From positions 109,942,147 through 110,006,146 of the forward strand of contig NC_068981.1 in NCBI RefSeq assembly GCF_001194135.2: 64,000 nucleotides of DNA. The letters are read 5' to 3'. The notes below the pieces were generated by a model that did not search any database, was not told where the DNA came from, and was given only the letters and a program-made list of their open reading frames with translations. The translations under genes were made by a program, and so were the position numbers. Positions within the stretch are counted from its first letter, which is position 1. Each line of letters opens with the position of its first letter. Below, piece after piece: positions 23,059 through 36,489 of this stretch. Source of the DNA: Octopus bimaculoides (Eukaryota).

Positions 23059-23504
23059 CTATAGGGGATCAAAACAATTATTCACATTAAGGAAGAGACT
23101 GTGAGAGTTGTCAGGGTGGGACTGGAAAGAGATGAAAATAGTTGTGATAACACATCAGGGTAGACCCTCAAGATATGAAATAATTAGACGGTCAGTGGAA
23201 ACAAGAAAACAGGAAGTATAGCTGGGTAGATGTTGAAAGAGGGTATGGGAGAGTGAGAGATAGTTAGGGATAGAAAATAGATGAGAAGGTGAATATCATG
23301 AATAAGTTTTGAGAGATAATAAGTAGGAGGGGTAGGAAGAGGGAACAGTGGGTAATAACTGTACAAATTAGATAGGGTTGAGGGGAAATTGAAGGGTAAC
23401 CAATGAGAAACAAGTTGGGGGAGTTAAAGGAGAGAAGACAAATGACAGTGCAGAAAAGGAGAAGGGCGATAAAGAGCTGCAGAGCTGCAGAAGAGTAAAA
23501 ATAA

Positions 23505-24930
23505 CGGTCCTTTCAGCTATAGGCATAAGATCTAAAATTTTGGTGAGGTAGGGCTAGTCAATTACATCAACCTCAATGTTCAACTAGAGCTTATTTTATT
23601 GATCCTGAAATGATGAAAGGCAAAGCTGACCTTGGTGGTATTTGAACTCGGAATGTAAAGCCAGAAGAAATGATAAGCATTTTCTCAGGTGTGCTAATGA
23701 TTCTATCTGATAACCAAAACTCCAGGACTTACAAATGTATACAACATACAGAAAATAGCACTACTAGGCACTGTGCACATCCTACATAAAGCACTTTCAA
23801 TATAAGGAAAATAAGAGCACCACAACAAACCATACCACACACCTAGTGCATACAGAGCTGGACTTGGTAATGCAGTGAAAGCATGTGATAAAAATAAAAC
23901 TACTGAATAACAATTCCATCAGATTTTGGTACAAGTCCAGCAATTTTTTAGGGGAGAGGTTTAGTCGATTACATTGACCCCAGTTTTCAACAGTTATTTA
24001 TTTCATCAACCCCAAAAGGAAGAAAGGTAAAGTCAACCTTGGCAGAATTTGAACTCAGAATGTAAAGACAAACGAAATGCCACTAAGCAATTTATCCGGC
24101 TTGCTCAGCTCACTGCCTTATTAATAATAATCTTTTCTACTAAAGGCACAAAGCCTGAAATTTGGGGGAGGGGGATAGTCGATTACATCAACCCTAGTCC
24201 TCAACTAGTACTTATTTCATTGATCCTGAAAGGATGAAAGGCAAAGTGGAATTTGAACTCAGAACATGAAGGCGGACGAAATACTGCTAAGCATTTTGCC
24301 TTGCATGCTAATGATTCTGCCAGCTCGTCACCTTTGCCTTAATAACAATAATGATGATGGTTTCAAATTTTGGCACAAGGCTAGCAATTTCAGGGGTGGG
24401 GATAAGTCAATTAAATTGACTCCAGTGCATGACTGGTACTTATTTTATCAACCTTGAAAGGATGAAAGCAAAGTCTTCATGAAGATGAATAAAATGCCAC
24501 TAAGCATTTTGCCTGGTGGGCTAAAGATTCTGCCAGTTTGCTGCGTTAATAATAATAATAATTCTTTCTACTATAGGCACAAGGCTTGAAATTTGAGGGG
24601 AGAGAGTTAGTCGATCACATCGACCCCAGTATTTAATTGGTACTTAATTTATCAACCTCAAAAGAATGAAAGGCAAAGCTGACCTCAGCACAATAATAAC
24701 AATAAGAATCCTTTCTACTGGAAGCACAAGGCCTCAAATCTGGTGGAAAGGATTAAGTTGATTACATTGACCCCAGTGTGTAACTGGTACTTATTTAATC
24801 AGCCTCAAAAGGATGAAAGGCAAAGTCGACCTTGTTCGGAATTTGAACATAGAACACAGTGATGGGCGAAATACTGCTAAACGTTTCATCCAGTGTGCTA
24901 ACGATTCTGCCAGCTTGCCGCCTTAATAAA
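23505..24930 (-). mobile_element. Head-to-tail array of about six tRNA-derived SINE copies separated by (ATT)n
   Basis: The block ttctact..aggcacaagg...gattacat.gaccccag...aaaggatgaaaggcaaagt.gacct...aatttgaactcagaa recurs near 23505, 23915, 24130, 24355, 24560 and 24705. Confidence 0.9.
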
Positions 24931-25291
24931 CAATAATAATGATGAAGATGATGATGATGATACATTTGATTGGAAGAGAAAGGTTGGGAGAGAGAGAGAA
25001 AGAGAGGGAGAATGACGTGGTTGGGTAAGTTGTAACAGCATGGGTAAGACATAGTGGGTGGAGAATAGGGAGATGTGTAGTGACAGAGAGAGGCGTTTTA
25101 TCAATGAAAGATAGATAAGAGTGAAATGGTCCTGGGGTATTACAAAAGGTGGAGGTAAGTAGTATCAGAGAAAAGCTAAAGCATACAGTTCTGCTCACAT
25201 TCAATTACACCAGCAGAATAGAGCAGTTAGAGAGATGATGGGTGATGGGAATGTTTTGAGGAAGAAACTTAAGTGAAGGAGAGGAGAAAGT

Positions 25292-25354
<63 letters not shown>

Positions 25355-25789
25355 TGTGCTTCCAGAATCTGTGTTAGGCAGCTCTCCTCAAGAACTGCAT
25401 TCATCACATCATCTCATGTCTTCCTAGGTTTTGTTGTTCATGCATGTTTACATTACATGTGCAATACAGCACACAAATGAAAGTTCAATGAATTCATAAA
25501 ACAAATGCAGTTTGTAATAAGAGTTTTATACATTCAGAAGATGCAATAGGATTTTCATTTTCATAATACACATTTAGAAGTTTATTGCTGTTTATCAGTT
25601 AAAAGTATAATTTCACTGTCATCTGATTGTAGTATATATCCATAGCAGTGTAATTTTACACATATCAGCCAATGCTTTGATTGCACATTCACTATTCATA
25701 CATTTCTGGAAATTTGAAAATATGTAGTTAAGAAAAGAAAGCACAAATTTAGTTAAAAATTGATAAAAATTTCAAAACATAAATCCTAC

Positions 25790-25820
25790 CTCAGCTGCAA
25801 CAGCAATACAGCAACAATTC
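25790..25820 (-). CDS. Candidate 31-nt internal exon (GIVAVLLLQL)
   Basis: ctaat...ctttggaatattgaatattcag|gaattgttgctgtattgctgttgcagctgag|gtagga. Phase-compatible with the exon candidate at 27006-27032. Confidence 0.45.
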
Positions 25821-27005
25821 CTGAATATTCAATATTCCAAAGAATTAGATCAAAAACACTTCTAATACAATTTTCAATAAAAATTCCCAAGTTACTGTGC
25901 CATAAAAACAAATGAATAAACTATACATCTCTCTGGAGCTGAAAGATAAGATTTAAAACTCTAGAGGTCTACTTTATTTGGAAACTTCCTACAGCACATA
26001 AAAGAAGCAATAAAAAAAGTTCTTAAAGTATATTCAATATAATCCAAATTGCAATAATCAGTTATCATTTGATCTTTTATGGAAGCATATGTGTCTGCAC
26101 CATAATTTATTTTTTGATGAAGTGGATTAAATTTGGATTGTTCATCAAAAGGCTGAAAAATGCTCTTCTACTTGGTAGCTGTTGTATTGTAAAGTATCTA
26201 GCTGTAGGTATATAAAAAGACACTCGTTTATAACACACACACACACACACACACAGGTGCAGTGTGACAGAATAATATAAACCAAAACTTGTGGATTTCT
26301 CTCAATAAGATAGATGTAACAGAAATCACATATGACTTGTTAATCTTCAATCAAAAGAAATACCAGTCAAGTATATTGGGAAGTGTGTTTTGTACATATA
26401 ACTGTTAGGTGTTTAATGTTAATCTCTCAATGACAGAACGCATTTCGTTTGAGAGATTAATTTTCCAATTTTTTTTTCTGTCAAAAGGAATACTTTAACG
26501 ATCACAAAGAGTATCTACTGAAGCATTTATGTCTTTCATCCACCCACAACTTGTTTTTGGTGCTAGAATTAGTATCACAATGGACAAAAGGCTTCGTAAT
26601 ATCTAATTATATTCCTGTATGTCTTGAGTTTACATCCAGCTGAGGGTGGCTTTGCTTTTTATCTTTTTGAATGATAAAGAAATACCTGTTCAAGTTTTGT
26701 AATAATTAGCATTTAATCCCACCACTCAAAACTTAATGCCTTATGACAATTATTAGATTGACGCAGCAAAAAAGATAGAGTAGAGTGCTGCATGAATGAA
26801 TCCTACAATTTACTTACATCTATCTGTTTTATATTTATAACCAGTTGAGGCTGAACTCCCATACATCAAGAATCAAGAGTGCCAGTAATGTCATGGGGTT
26901 AGTTTAATTAACTTCATTCTTTCTTTGATTATTTGTAGCATCATGCTAATTTGAGGATAACTATCATTATTATAATTACTTTGTAATATATACAATCTTA
27001 TTTAC

Positions 27006-27032
27006 CGTCCACAGGAGCAGCTTTTTTAAATA
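27006..27032 (-). CDS. Candidate 27-nt internal exon (FKKAAPVD, phase 1-1)
   Basis: ttgtttgcattcattatccag|tatttaaaaaagctgctcctgtggacg|gtaaat. Joins 25790-25820 in an open frame. Confidence 0.45.
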
Positions 27033-27835
27033 CTGGATAATGAATGCAAACAATTTATAGCTAACTTTATAAATCACTCAGTATATTTTGTTGGTGGATA
27101 AAAGTTTCATAAATTTAGATTTTAAAAATGTGTGATGTTTTTCAAATGAAGATGGCATTTGCATATCTGATAATTTAGTTATAAAAAAAAAGTACAAGCC
27201 TACTTGCATGTATATGCAAGTGTATTTGTGTGAGCATGCAGCATATGCAAAGGGCATTAGTACATCATGTGTAAAATGTAAAAGAAGTGAAATCAATAGA
27301 AGACAAGAAGTAACGATGAGAAGGAAAAACTTTGGAAGATTTATATCGGCTGTACTGTAGAAATAGCTCTGACATAAAGTGAATTTTATTAGGATGAAAA
27401 TTCAAGAATAAAGATTAGGTATGTGATTGTATTACAACAAAAACTTCAAGTCGGACTGAAATACGCAAAAAAAAAGAAAAAAAAAAGATAAAAAAACCCC
27501 AAACCTTTGCTGAAATGTATTAGAAATTTCTTCCTGATATGTCAGCTTTGCTATATATTTTTTTCTAATACCTCCAACAAAATAGAAAACTATCTCCAAC
27601 TCAATGAAAATTTAAAAACAATACAATATAACTAGGTAGAGACATATGCCAAACTTAAAAAAAGTTCTACAGTCTTACTGAGACAATCATATAATGCTGC
27701 ATTTCAGAATTTTATCTACACTCACACATGAATACATAGGTATTCATGTGTGAGTGTGAATAAATAAAATTCAGAAATTCAGCATTATGTACAGAAAGTT
27801 TCTTACTGGAGGCTATCTCAAACAGACATATACAG

Positions 27836-27893
<58 letters not shown>

Positions 27894-28243
27894 NNNNNNN
27901 NNNNNNNNNNNNNNNNNNNNNNNNNNNNNNNNNNNNNNNNNNNNNNNNNNNNNNNNNNNNNNNNNNNNNNNNNNNNNNNNNNNNNNNNNNNNNNNNNNNN
28001 NNNNNNNNNNNNNNNNNNNNNNNNNNNNNNNNNNNNNNNNNNNNNNNNNNNNNNNNNNNNNNNNNNNNNNNNNNNNNNNNNNNNNNNNNNNNNNNNNNNN
28101 NNNNNNNNNNNNNNNNNNNNNNNNNNNNNNNNNNNNNNNNNNNNNNNNNNNNNNNNNNNNNNNNNNNNNNNNNNNNNNNNNNNNNNNNNNNNNNNNNNNN
28201 NNNNNNNNNNNNNNNNNNNNNNNNNNNNNNNNNNNNNNNNNNN

Positions 28244-28304
<61 letters not shown>

Positions 28305-28319
28305 ATATGATAGAAATTC

Positions 28320-28360
<41 letters not shown>

Positions 28361-30711
28361 TTTCTTCATTTTATAATACAAGCCCTTTATGCTGGCATTA
28401 GTTGGAAAGAAACTTATTGAGGCAAAATTTTACAATCAGAATCCCTTCCTGTTGCCTCCTATACTTATTTTTCAAATAAGGAATTTTACTTTTTATTCCA
28501 CTGGACTTCACATGTACAGAGCTAAAGGGGATGTAAACATTACATCACTGTTTATTACTAAAGCTGTGAAATACAAAGACACATAGAATGTCAACAACCA
28601 CAAACACATGTAAATCTATTTCCGTACAAGCAGGCATAAATCAGATGTGAAATGAATTTAAATAATATAAAGACACTGTGGATTACACAAGAATATGAAC
28701 ATATTTCTCCTATAGGTAGAAGAAAAAAAAGAGGAGTGAGTCTCCTGATGGACTGTTTCATCATTTGTGACTGTTCCTCAGAAAAGGTGTACCAAGCTTC
28801 CTTCTCCACTCATGAATCAGCTGTTGATAATTAGGCTAATACCTTGATAGTTAGCCTAATTTGTATATTTCTTATCTAGATGGCCTGTCATCAATTAAAC
28901 AATAACTTTTTATGCACATCACAGTATAAATCACAAGGACTGAGATAAAATAAACTTAAATGTTAAGCCATCTTGTAGGTTAAATTAGAATGCAAATATT
29001 CTGTCTATACCAATGATTACTTCTCCAGAGAAACAAAGGAAAGAAGTCCAAAATTCAAAAGAATTAAACATTCAGAGGTAGATGGCACAGACTGGAGAAT
29101 GTGACATATCTTTGATAAGTATGGTGACAACTCCAGACATGTTTCAGTCTTAATAAAATCTCCTCAGTGAAGAGTATTACCAATACTAATCAAATGCTTG
29201 AAGACTGAGAGACAAGTAAGAGAATCAAATCTGCCCTAGTGTACCATATATGGTACTTTCAGCTTTTGGAAGAATATAAGTATTACCTCATGACACATGT
29301 GGTTATTGGAGTATCACTAAAAACTACAATATTTCAAAAGAAAGTTACACTAAATCACTTTCTCTATAATAGTTATGATTTTTTAAAAAATTACAAGGTC
29401 CTAAAGTTAAAACATTTATGTATGAAAAGAATGCTCTTTTACTCTTTTACTTGTTTCAGTCATTTGACTGTGGCCATGCTGGAGCACTGCATGTAAATAT
29501 AAAACAGAAGTAGGTTTGTAAAGAAGCACAGTGCCATAATGATTTCACTGTTTGCAATCCAATGGGTAATAAAGTTAGATGAGAATGATTGGCTTTATGG
29601 GAGCTGTTTAACTGAAAGTAGAGTGAGGATAAACAGTGAGCTCAAGGAGGAATTGTCAGCCCAATTTGAACTATAAAACAAAAAAAGGAATATTGAAAAC
29701 ATTCAAGCCATGACCATCATATTCTTTTCTTAACCATTGTTGATAAAGTACCAACTGGAGTTTTGGACAGGATACTTTGTGATATTTGCATTCATTTAAT
29801 TTCCAATCTCACCATGGCTTAATTGTGTTGGAGGCTAAATTCATTACCACCACCTGGCACTTATTCAGGCCAGAAATTTGGTCTGAAGATAACTTCTTTC
29901 CTTTAACTTGTCTCAGAGACCTTGTAAGGGATCATGGGGCCTTTCACACTTGACTAAAATGTAGACATCAAATTTGAAGATTTGGCTACTACTTCGAACA
30001 TGTTGAACAACCCCTTAAAGACCATCTCGTCTAAAGTGCAAGTGAATTTCCATCAATGTCTTTATTTTTCTTTCATATGCTTTCCTCTTCCTTTTATGAA
30101 GATCACCAGATCACTATTATCTTACTAAGGCAAAAGCCTCGATAAGAAAAATGTGGGAGCTCAGTACTGTGTAGTCTATGGTACCTAAAAAGTGAATTAG
30201 GATTCCTGACCACAAACTTTAAGTACATCATTCTACTGGAATAAATTAACAGAGTGAGTAGTTATGGACTTCTATAAGACTGCCTTGCTGTCAATAAATC
30301 AAGTAATTGCATACAAAAGTTTTAATTTTCTAAATAATAAAAACAATAAACAGTTTCTATAAAATGTCAATAATATCAACTGAAATTTTTAACTGAAGAA
30401 AGGAACAAATAAAAATTTGGTTTATTCTAATTCTAGCTGTGAAATAATCGTCAATGAAGAGAAAAATTAACAAAATAACAAAAAAACCCTTGATTCAAAT
30501 TACTTAACAAGCTCATACAAGCACATTAAATGATAAATCATATTAATTACTAATTACAAATATGGATGATGTTGATGATGATGATGATGATGACAGCTAT
30601 GAAAAATAGAAACTGATTCCACTGTACTCTTTCTGCAGTTTAATTCATTTTTCTTTTTTTCTAAAAATATTACAATTGTTCAAAAGAACTAAATAAGGTG
30701 TGAGTCCTTAC

Positions 30712-30769
30712 CTTTGGTCTAAGAATGCCAGTGCCACTGATAAATTGCCAAACACTTTGGTTAGCTATG
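30712..30769 (-). CDS. Candidate 58-nt internal exon (IANQSVWQFISGTGILRPK)
   Basis: A long poly-T tract ending in ccag precedes it and aag|gtaagg follows, both near-consensus splice sites. Only one frame is open. Confidence 0.6.
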
Positions 30770-31279
30770 CTGGAAAAAAAAAAAAAAATCAAGTAAAACG
30801 AATTTCACAAATATATTAATATAAATTTTGTGTGATGGTAGAAATGTATATAAAAAATGAAAATATACATATTGGGGAAATGAATGACAGAAAGAAGGAC
30901 AATCATAGAAACAACATGATAAGTAAAATGTAGAGTGGTTAGAAAAAGAAGAAAAAAATGAATGGCAAAAAACCTGAGTCTAAGAAGTAGCAGGCAATTA
31001 ATGCCAAAACATGACACCCAAAGATGAAATGAAATTGAGAATGTCAATAACTTATATACATGAATATCTTGCTTAGTAAGGAAACATGAAGATGTCTTTA
31101 AATTAATTTCCAAACATAAGTAGACCTCCTGCAAGGTAGAAATAGTCTAGATAATAACAAATTACTAGAGAAGATAATTGTTAACTTCATCTATAATTTA
31201 TCATCTTGCAGCACAATGTTAGTGTATATTGGCTGGGGGGGGGGGGAAGAGAAAGAGAGATGGTTGTGTAGGTGCAGGT

Positions 31280-31440
31280 GTGACTGTATACTAAGAAGGT
31301 CACTTCCCAACCACATGGTTCCAAGTTCAGTCCCACTGTGTGGCACCTTGGGCAAGTGTCTACTATAGTTTTGGGCTGACTAAAAGCCTTGTGAGTGGAT
31401 TTGGTAGATAGAAATTGAAATAAGCCCATCATATATAAAT
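31280..31440 (+). mobile_element. tRNA-derived SINE
   Basis: ggttccaagttcagtcccactgtgtggcaccttgggcaagtgtc...gtgagtggatttggtaga. Related decayed copies lie at 1330-1490 and 51900-52070 on the minus strand. Confidence 0.7.
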
Positions 31441-31664
31441 ATATGTGTGTGTGTGTGTGTGTGTGTGTATTTGTTTCTCACAACCTCTTGACAGCTGGTG
31501 CAGGTTTGTTTATGTTCCTCTAACTTAAATTAGGTACTAACCAAAACTGTAGAATATATGGCTTTTAACATTGATTTCTAATAATGATAGAGGTTCACAA
31601 ACTTTTGTGGAAAGGGTTTCACTGATTAAGTTAACCTCAGCACTACACTGGCACAATCATCATC

Positions 31665-31850
31665 ATCATCATCATCATTTAATGTCCGTTTTCCATGCTG
31701 GCATGGGCTGGACGGTTTGACTGGAGCTGATAAGACTGGGACACACACACACACCATGCTCCATTGTCTGTTCTGGCATGGCTTCTATAGCTGGATGCCC
31801 TTCTTAACACCAACCACTATACAGAGTGTACTGGATGCTTTTAATGTGGC
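31665..31850 (-). mobile_element. RTE-3'-related short element with (GAT)n tail
   Basis: (cat)n-ttaatgtccgttttccatgctggcatggg...ggatgcccttc. Same family as 63813-64000. Confidence 0.8.
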
Positions 31851-33185
31851 ATGAATGTGATTTAGTACATAACAAAGCCTACATAAATTAATATATACAC
31901 ATGTATGTGTGTGTGTGTGTGCATGAGCGCATGTATGTATGTATCTATGTACATTCATCTTAATGAATTTTCAATTCTTCACATAAAAAAACAATCAAAA
32001 GTTTTGTTGAAAATTTCATGTTAAATCACTACATAAACTCTCAGCTTAAGGTTTCAAAAATAATTTCAAAAACTGATTAGAGCTGGTCTCATTGTTTAAA
32101 AACAAACTCAAAATAAAAAGACAACTGAAAGTTTAATGGGAAAAATATGCTAAGTATATTTTTATTTTATGTGTTTTCAATTTAGCTTGAAATCATAAAT
32201 ACATCTATCAATGAAAATATATTAAATAATAATAATAATAATAAACAATAAAAATGAAACGTCTTCATTAAGCAATACTAAATGAGCAGATATTTTATAG
32301 AATGAGAAGAATTCATTTTAAGTATTGGACGTACCCCAACCCCATAAATGATGCATGATACATGTTGACTGTATATGTCTTAAAAAAGTGAACATTTTCT
32401 TTCTTGACGTTTATTTAATTGTTAAATATGTGAGAAATCAGAAGAGGTTTCATTTTATTAAAAAATGAGTAGCTTCTATCTCCATGTGGAATAAACTCCA
32501 ATATTTTTGAGAAAGAAAAATTTATTTGAGTTTGGTTTATCACCATTGATGGCTCAGGTTTTTAATGATTGAAGTTACTGAAACTCTACTATCATTTACT
32601 GTAGGACTAACAGTAGTACACATCAAAGCAATACTATGCACTAATGTGGAGATTTTATTATATATATATATTATGCTGCCACCACCACTTTATGTCAGCT
32701 CTCCATGTTTGTATGGGTTGAACATGCTGTCATAGTTAGAGTACTTTGGTGAGACCCGACTAGAGAGAGATGTCATAACCCTACACATTCTTTGCTCATG
32801 GTCTTACACATGCTAAAAGTACATTTGGAGATACACGCATATACTGACTGATACACATATACATACAGAAATGATATAGGTAAATGGAATCTAATATACT
32901 AAATCAACTCATTAATTACTAAGTAACTAATAAAAAAAATATGCTTTTGTAATCTAGGTACATACAGCTGCTCATTTTGCGTCATTATTATATTTTGACA
33001 ATCTTTATTTTTTGTTAGAAAGCTGACGCATCTATTCATTTTGCGCTTAATAAACTATTTATAAATCGTTTTTCGCTATTTTTGTTAAGAGATGGATAAG
33101 TCAGAAATTCGTACAGTTTTGAAATGTAAGTTCTTTTTTGGAAATACAGCATCACAGATAGCTTGGAACATTAATGGAGTATTTC

Positions 33186-33768
33186 ACTGCGTGAAAAAGT
33201 GCCACACCCTAACAGTTGAGGGAACCCGTGGAAGAGGTAGGCCCAGGAAGACCTGGGCTGAGGTGGTGAGGCAAGACCTTCGTACATTGGGCCTCACCGA
33301 GGCGATGACTACGGACCGAGACCTTTGNNNNNNNNNNNNNNNNNNNNNNNNNNNNNNNNNNNNNNNNNNNNNNNNNNNNNNNNNNNNNNNNNNNNNNNNN
33401 NNNNNNNNNNNNNNNNNNNNNNNNNNNNNNNNNNNNNNNNNNNNNNNNNNNNNNNNNNNNNNNNNNNNNNNNNNNNNNNNNNNNNNNNNNNNNNNNNNNN
33501 NNNNNNNNNNNNNNNNNNNNNNNNNNNNNNNNNNNNNNNNNNNNNNNNNNNNNNNNNNNNNNNNNNNNNNNNNNNNNNNNNNNNNNNNNNNNNNNNNNNN
33601 NNNNNNNNNNNNNNNNNNNNNNNNNNNNNNNNNNNNNNNNNNNNNNNNNNNNNNNNNNNNNNNNNNNNNNNNNNNNNNNNNNNNNNNNNNNNNNNNNNNN
33701 NNNNNNNNNNNNNNNNNNNNNNNNNNNNNNNNNNNNNNNNNNNTGATGGTAGTGATGATGATGATGAT
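33186..33768 (+). mobile_element. RTE 3' end inserted in the mariner, partly hidden by an N-gap
   Basis: CVKKCHTLTVEGTRGRGRPRKTWAEVVRQDLRTLGL precedes the gap (33328-33743) and a (GAT)n tail follows it. Confidence 0.85.
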
Positions 33769-33869
33769 GTTATTACACAGCAGACAGTTTCAAATTGGTT
33801 TGCAAAATTTTGTTCTGGTAACTTTGACCTCACAAATGAGCAATGCGGTTGACCAGAAACAAAGGTGGA

Positions 33870-34087
33870 TAGTCTTTTCTACTCTAGGCACAAAGCCTGA
33901 AATTTTTGGGGAGGGAGCCCAGTCGATTAGAACAACCCCACTACACAACTGGCACTTAATTTATCGACCCCGAAAGGATGAAAAGCAAAGTTGACTGCAG
34001 TAGAATTTGAACTCAGAGCGTAAAGACAGACAAAACACCACTAAGTATTTCGTCTGGCATGCTAATGTTTCCTGCCAGCTTGCTGCC
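33870..34087 (-). mobile_element. SINE inserted in the mariner
   Basis: Matches the SINE family of 58636-58864. The mariner reading frame resumes afterwards. Confidence 0.8.
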
Positions 34088-35500
34088 TTAACAAAGGTGG
34101 ATAATGATGAACTGAAAGCCACCGTCAAGTCAGGTGCATCTCAAAGTGCCTGTAAATTATTGTTGTTGTTTGATAAGCAAACAATACTGACTCACCTAGT
34201 TCAAATTGGTAAAGTGAAAAAGTTGGATAAGTGGGTTCCACATGAATTCAATGAAAATCAGAAACAGCAATGTTTGGAAGCCTGCATTATGCTACTTTCT
34301 CATGACAAAAATGAATCATTTTTGAATTGAATTGAATTGTAACATGTGATAAGAAAGACAACTCCAAACCACACATTGCAAAAATGACATTGGCGAAACT
34401 ACAGGAGTTGGAGTTGGAAGCTCTCCATCATTCACCATACTCACCTGATCTTGCCCCCACTAACTACCACTTCTTCCAGAATTTGGATAACTTTTTGATA
34501 GGAAAAAAATTAAATTCTGGCAATGCTGTAAAACAGGCCTTCCGAGATTTTATTGACTAGATTGCCAGGCTTTTACAGTTCTGGGTTGGACAAGCTACTG
34601 CTGAAATGGCAGAAGTGTATTGACAATATGGGTGCATACTTTGATGAATAAAACTACTCCTTTTTCTTTTCTTGATAACCTAATACTAGAGAGGAATTTC
34701 TGGCAGTGAAATCCACATGACATGCCAATCAAAATTAAATCCATGATGATATTTCTTAGGGCTGTTACTTTGAATGCAAGTTTTCAGTTTCAGCTTACCA
34801 ATGCTATACATATATCAGTAGTGAATAAAGGAGATGGATGGATAACTGATTCTTGAAATCTTTCTGAATTTTGAAAGCAACATTGTATCAACATATACTG
34901 ATGAATTATTTAATGTGGCTGTAGATATAAATCAGTAATCTTTTTCAGCACTTCATAATTATCATGTGTTTAGTTAATACAAAAGAACACTGCAACAGAG
35001 TACGACTGGTTATCAAACAGTGTTTTGAACTAGATGTTAATGAGTGAAAGAAGTTTTTTAGGGTGAAATACAATTTAGAAATCGCAGCTGTTCTGAATTT
35101 AAACCCATTAGAATTCTTTTAAACACTCATTGTTAAGTAACAGAAGGAAAGAGAAGCATTTTGAGGCAAAATGTATGCTGAATTTCTAAAATTGAATCCA
35201 GTGTAAATTACATTAGGAGTTCACTCAAGAAGAGTTTCATAATCAACTGTTATATGAAAAAATATAGTTATTCAGTTCTCAAATTTCTGTCATCATCACT
35301 ATCATTCTCTTTTTCTTTCTATGTCTCTCCACGCCTGTCTTGCAGACATTCCCAATGTCCTCCTTTCTCTTCTCTCTTTCCATGTGCATCTTGCATTCTC
35401 TATTGCATCATTCCATGAAAAGAAAGAGAGAAATATTAAAGAAACTGAAAGAGGAAGAAAAACTGAGTTTGATATCACACAAACATGTCACCACCACTTT

Positions 35501-35545
<45 letters not shown>

Positions 35546-35649
35546 TTCTTTCATTCTCTATTGTATTCTAGAGAGAGATTGCTACTTTTATGCCATTCTT
35601 AACAGAAAGCAAGGTGTCGTTTGAGGGAGATTTAGTTTCTATTTTTGCA

Positions 35650-35990
35650 AGTATATATTATACAACTATCTGGTCCCGTGCCGTAAAAAATGATGGCTAA
35701 TTGTAGTATTTTATATACGAATAAGGTACAAAACCAAGTTTTTAGTTTAATAATTCTTTTATTACCAAATTTTTTGTGAAAAATCTATCCACAATTAACA
35801 TCCCCTGACTGCTTTTAAAAGAATTTTTAAAGTTTTCCTTTAAGGCCACATAAAGCTGGCCATGACAAAATATGGGAGCTAGCAAGTAAATACCAACATT
35901 TTCGAAACGACATTTCCTTTCAATTACTGAAACCAACCTAAGCTCATGTGACTTAAAGCCACAAAAAGCTGTCCGTGCCTTATAGATGAT
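35650..35990 (-). mobile_element. Helitron 3' end with PIF1 helicase C-terminal remnant
   Basis: ORF 35742-35936 FENVGIYLLAPIFCHGQLYVAL...TKNLVIKELL matches the Helitron motif VG..L..P.F.HGQLYVA.SR...TKN.V..E.L. A degenerate GC-rich end (ggcacgggaccagatagt) follows. Confidence 0.75.
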
Positions 35991-36023
35991 GTTGTAAAAA
36001 CTCCCTATTCAAAATTAATTACA

Positions 36024-36489
36024 TAAATTTCTCAATATAAATAAATTAGGCACATGTATGAACTGTTAAATCTGTATTTATAATATACTTTTCAACTGCA
36101 GTCATTTTATATTTTTGATACAGTCAGGCAATAATTATTATCTCTAAGGAGTTTGTATATGTTTATGTTTGTGTAGATGTGTGTGACTGTAATAAATATT
36201 TGTAACACGACAGATAGAATATGGATGTTAATTCAAATTAATATACTTCTCAATGTAATCTAGTGGTTGTATTTTGAGATGTGACATCGATCATCGTTAA
36301 TCACTGAAAGAACGCTGGTTAGTTTATGTATAGTTACTGAAAGAACACTGAGTAAAAATTTCTTAATATAAATAAATTAGGGACAGGTATAAACTGTTAA
36401 GATGTGTATTTATAATATACCTTTCAACTGCAGTCGTTTATATTTTTGATACACTCAAGAAATAATTATTTTCTCTAATGAGTTTGTAT
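36024..36489. repeat. Direct repeat of ~135 bp with ~330-bp period
   Basis: aatataaataaattagg...ttcaactgcagtc...tatatttttgataca...gagtttgtat occurs at 36024-36157 and 36355-36489. Confidence 0.8.

Larger units (their letters stand above)
32950..34685 (+). mobile_element. Decayed mariner transposon with nested RTE and SINE insertions
   Basis: MDKSEIR...NINGVF, TVSNWFAKFCSGNFDL, VKKLDKWVPHEFNE and HSPYSPDLAPTNYHFF are mariner motifs (WVPHEL, YSPDLAP). TIRs are poorly preserved. Confidence 0.85.

Noticed and set aside
23184-25300. Purine-rich tracts at 23190-23500 and 24960-25300 (and 60290-60490) as novel elements
   Set aside because: Their composition matches antisense remnants of C/T-rich LINEs, and they are too decayed to classify.
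34798-34862. 65-nt minus-strand exon candidate (RFQESVIHPSPLFTTDICIAL) with a gtaagc donor
   Set aside because: Its exit phase is incompatible with the 58-nt exon and nothing else supports it. Retained only as a possibility.
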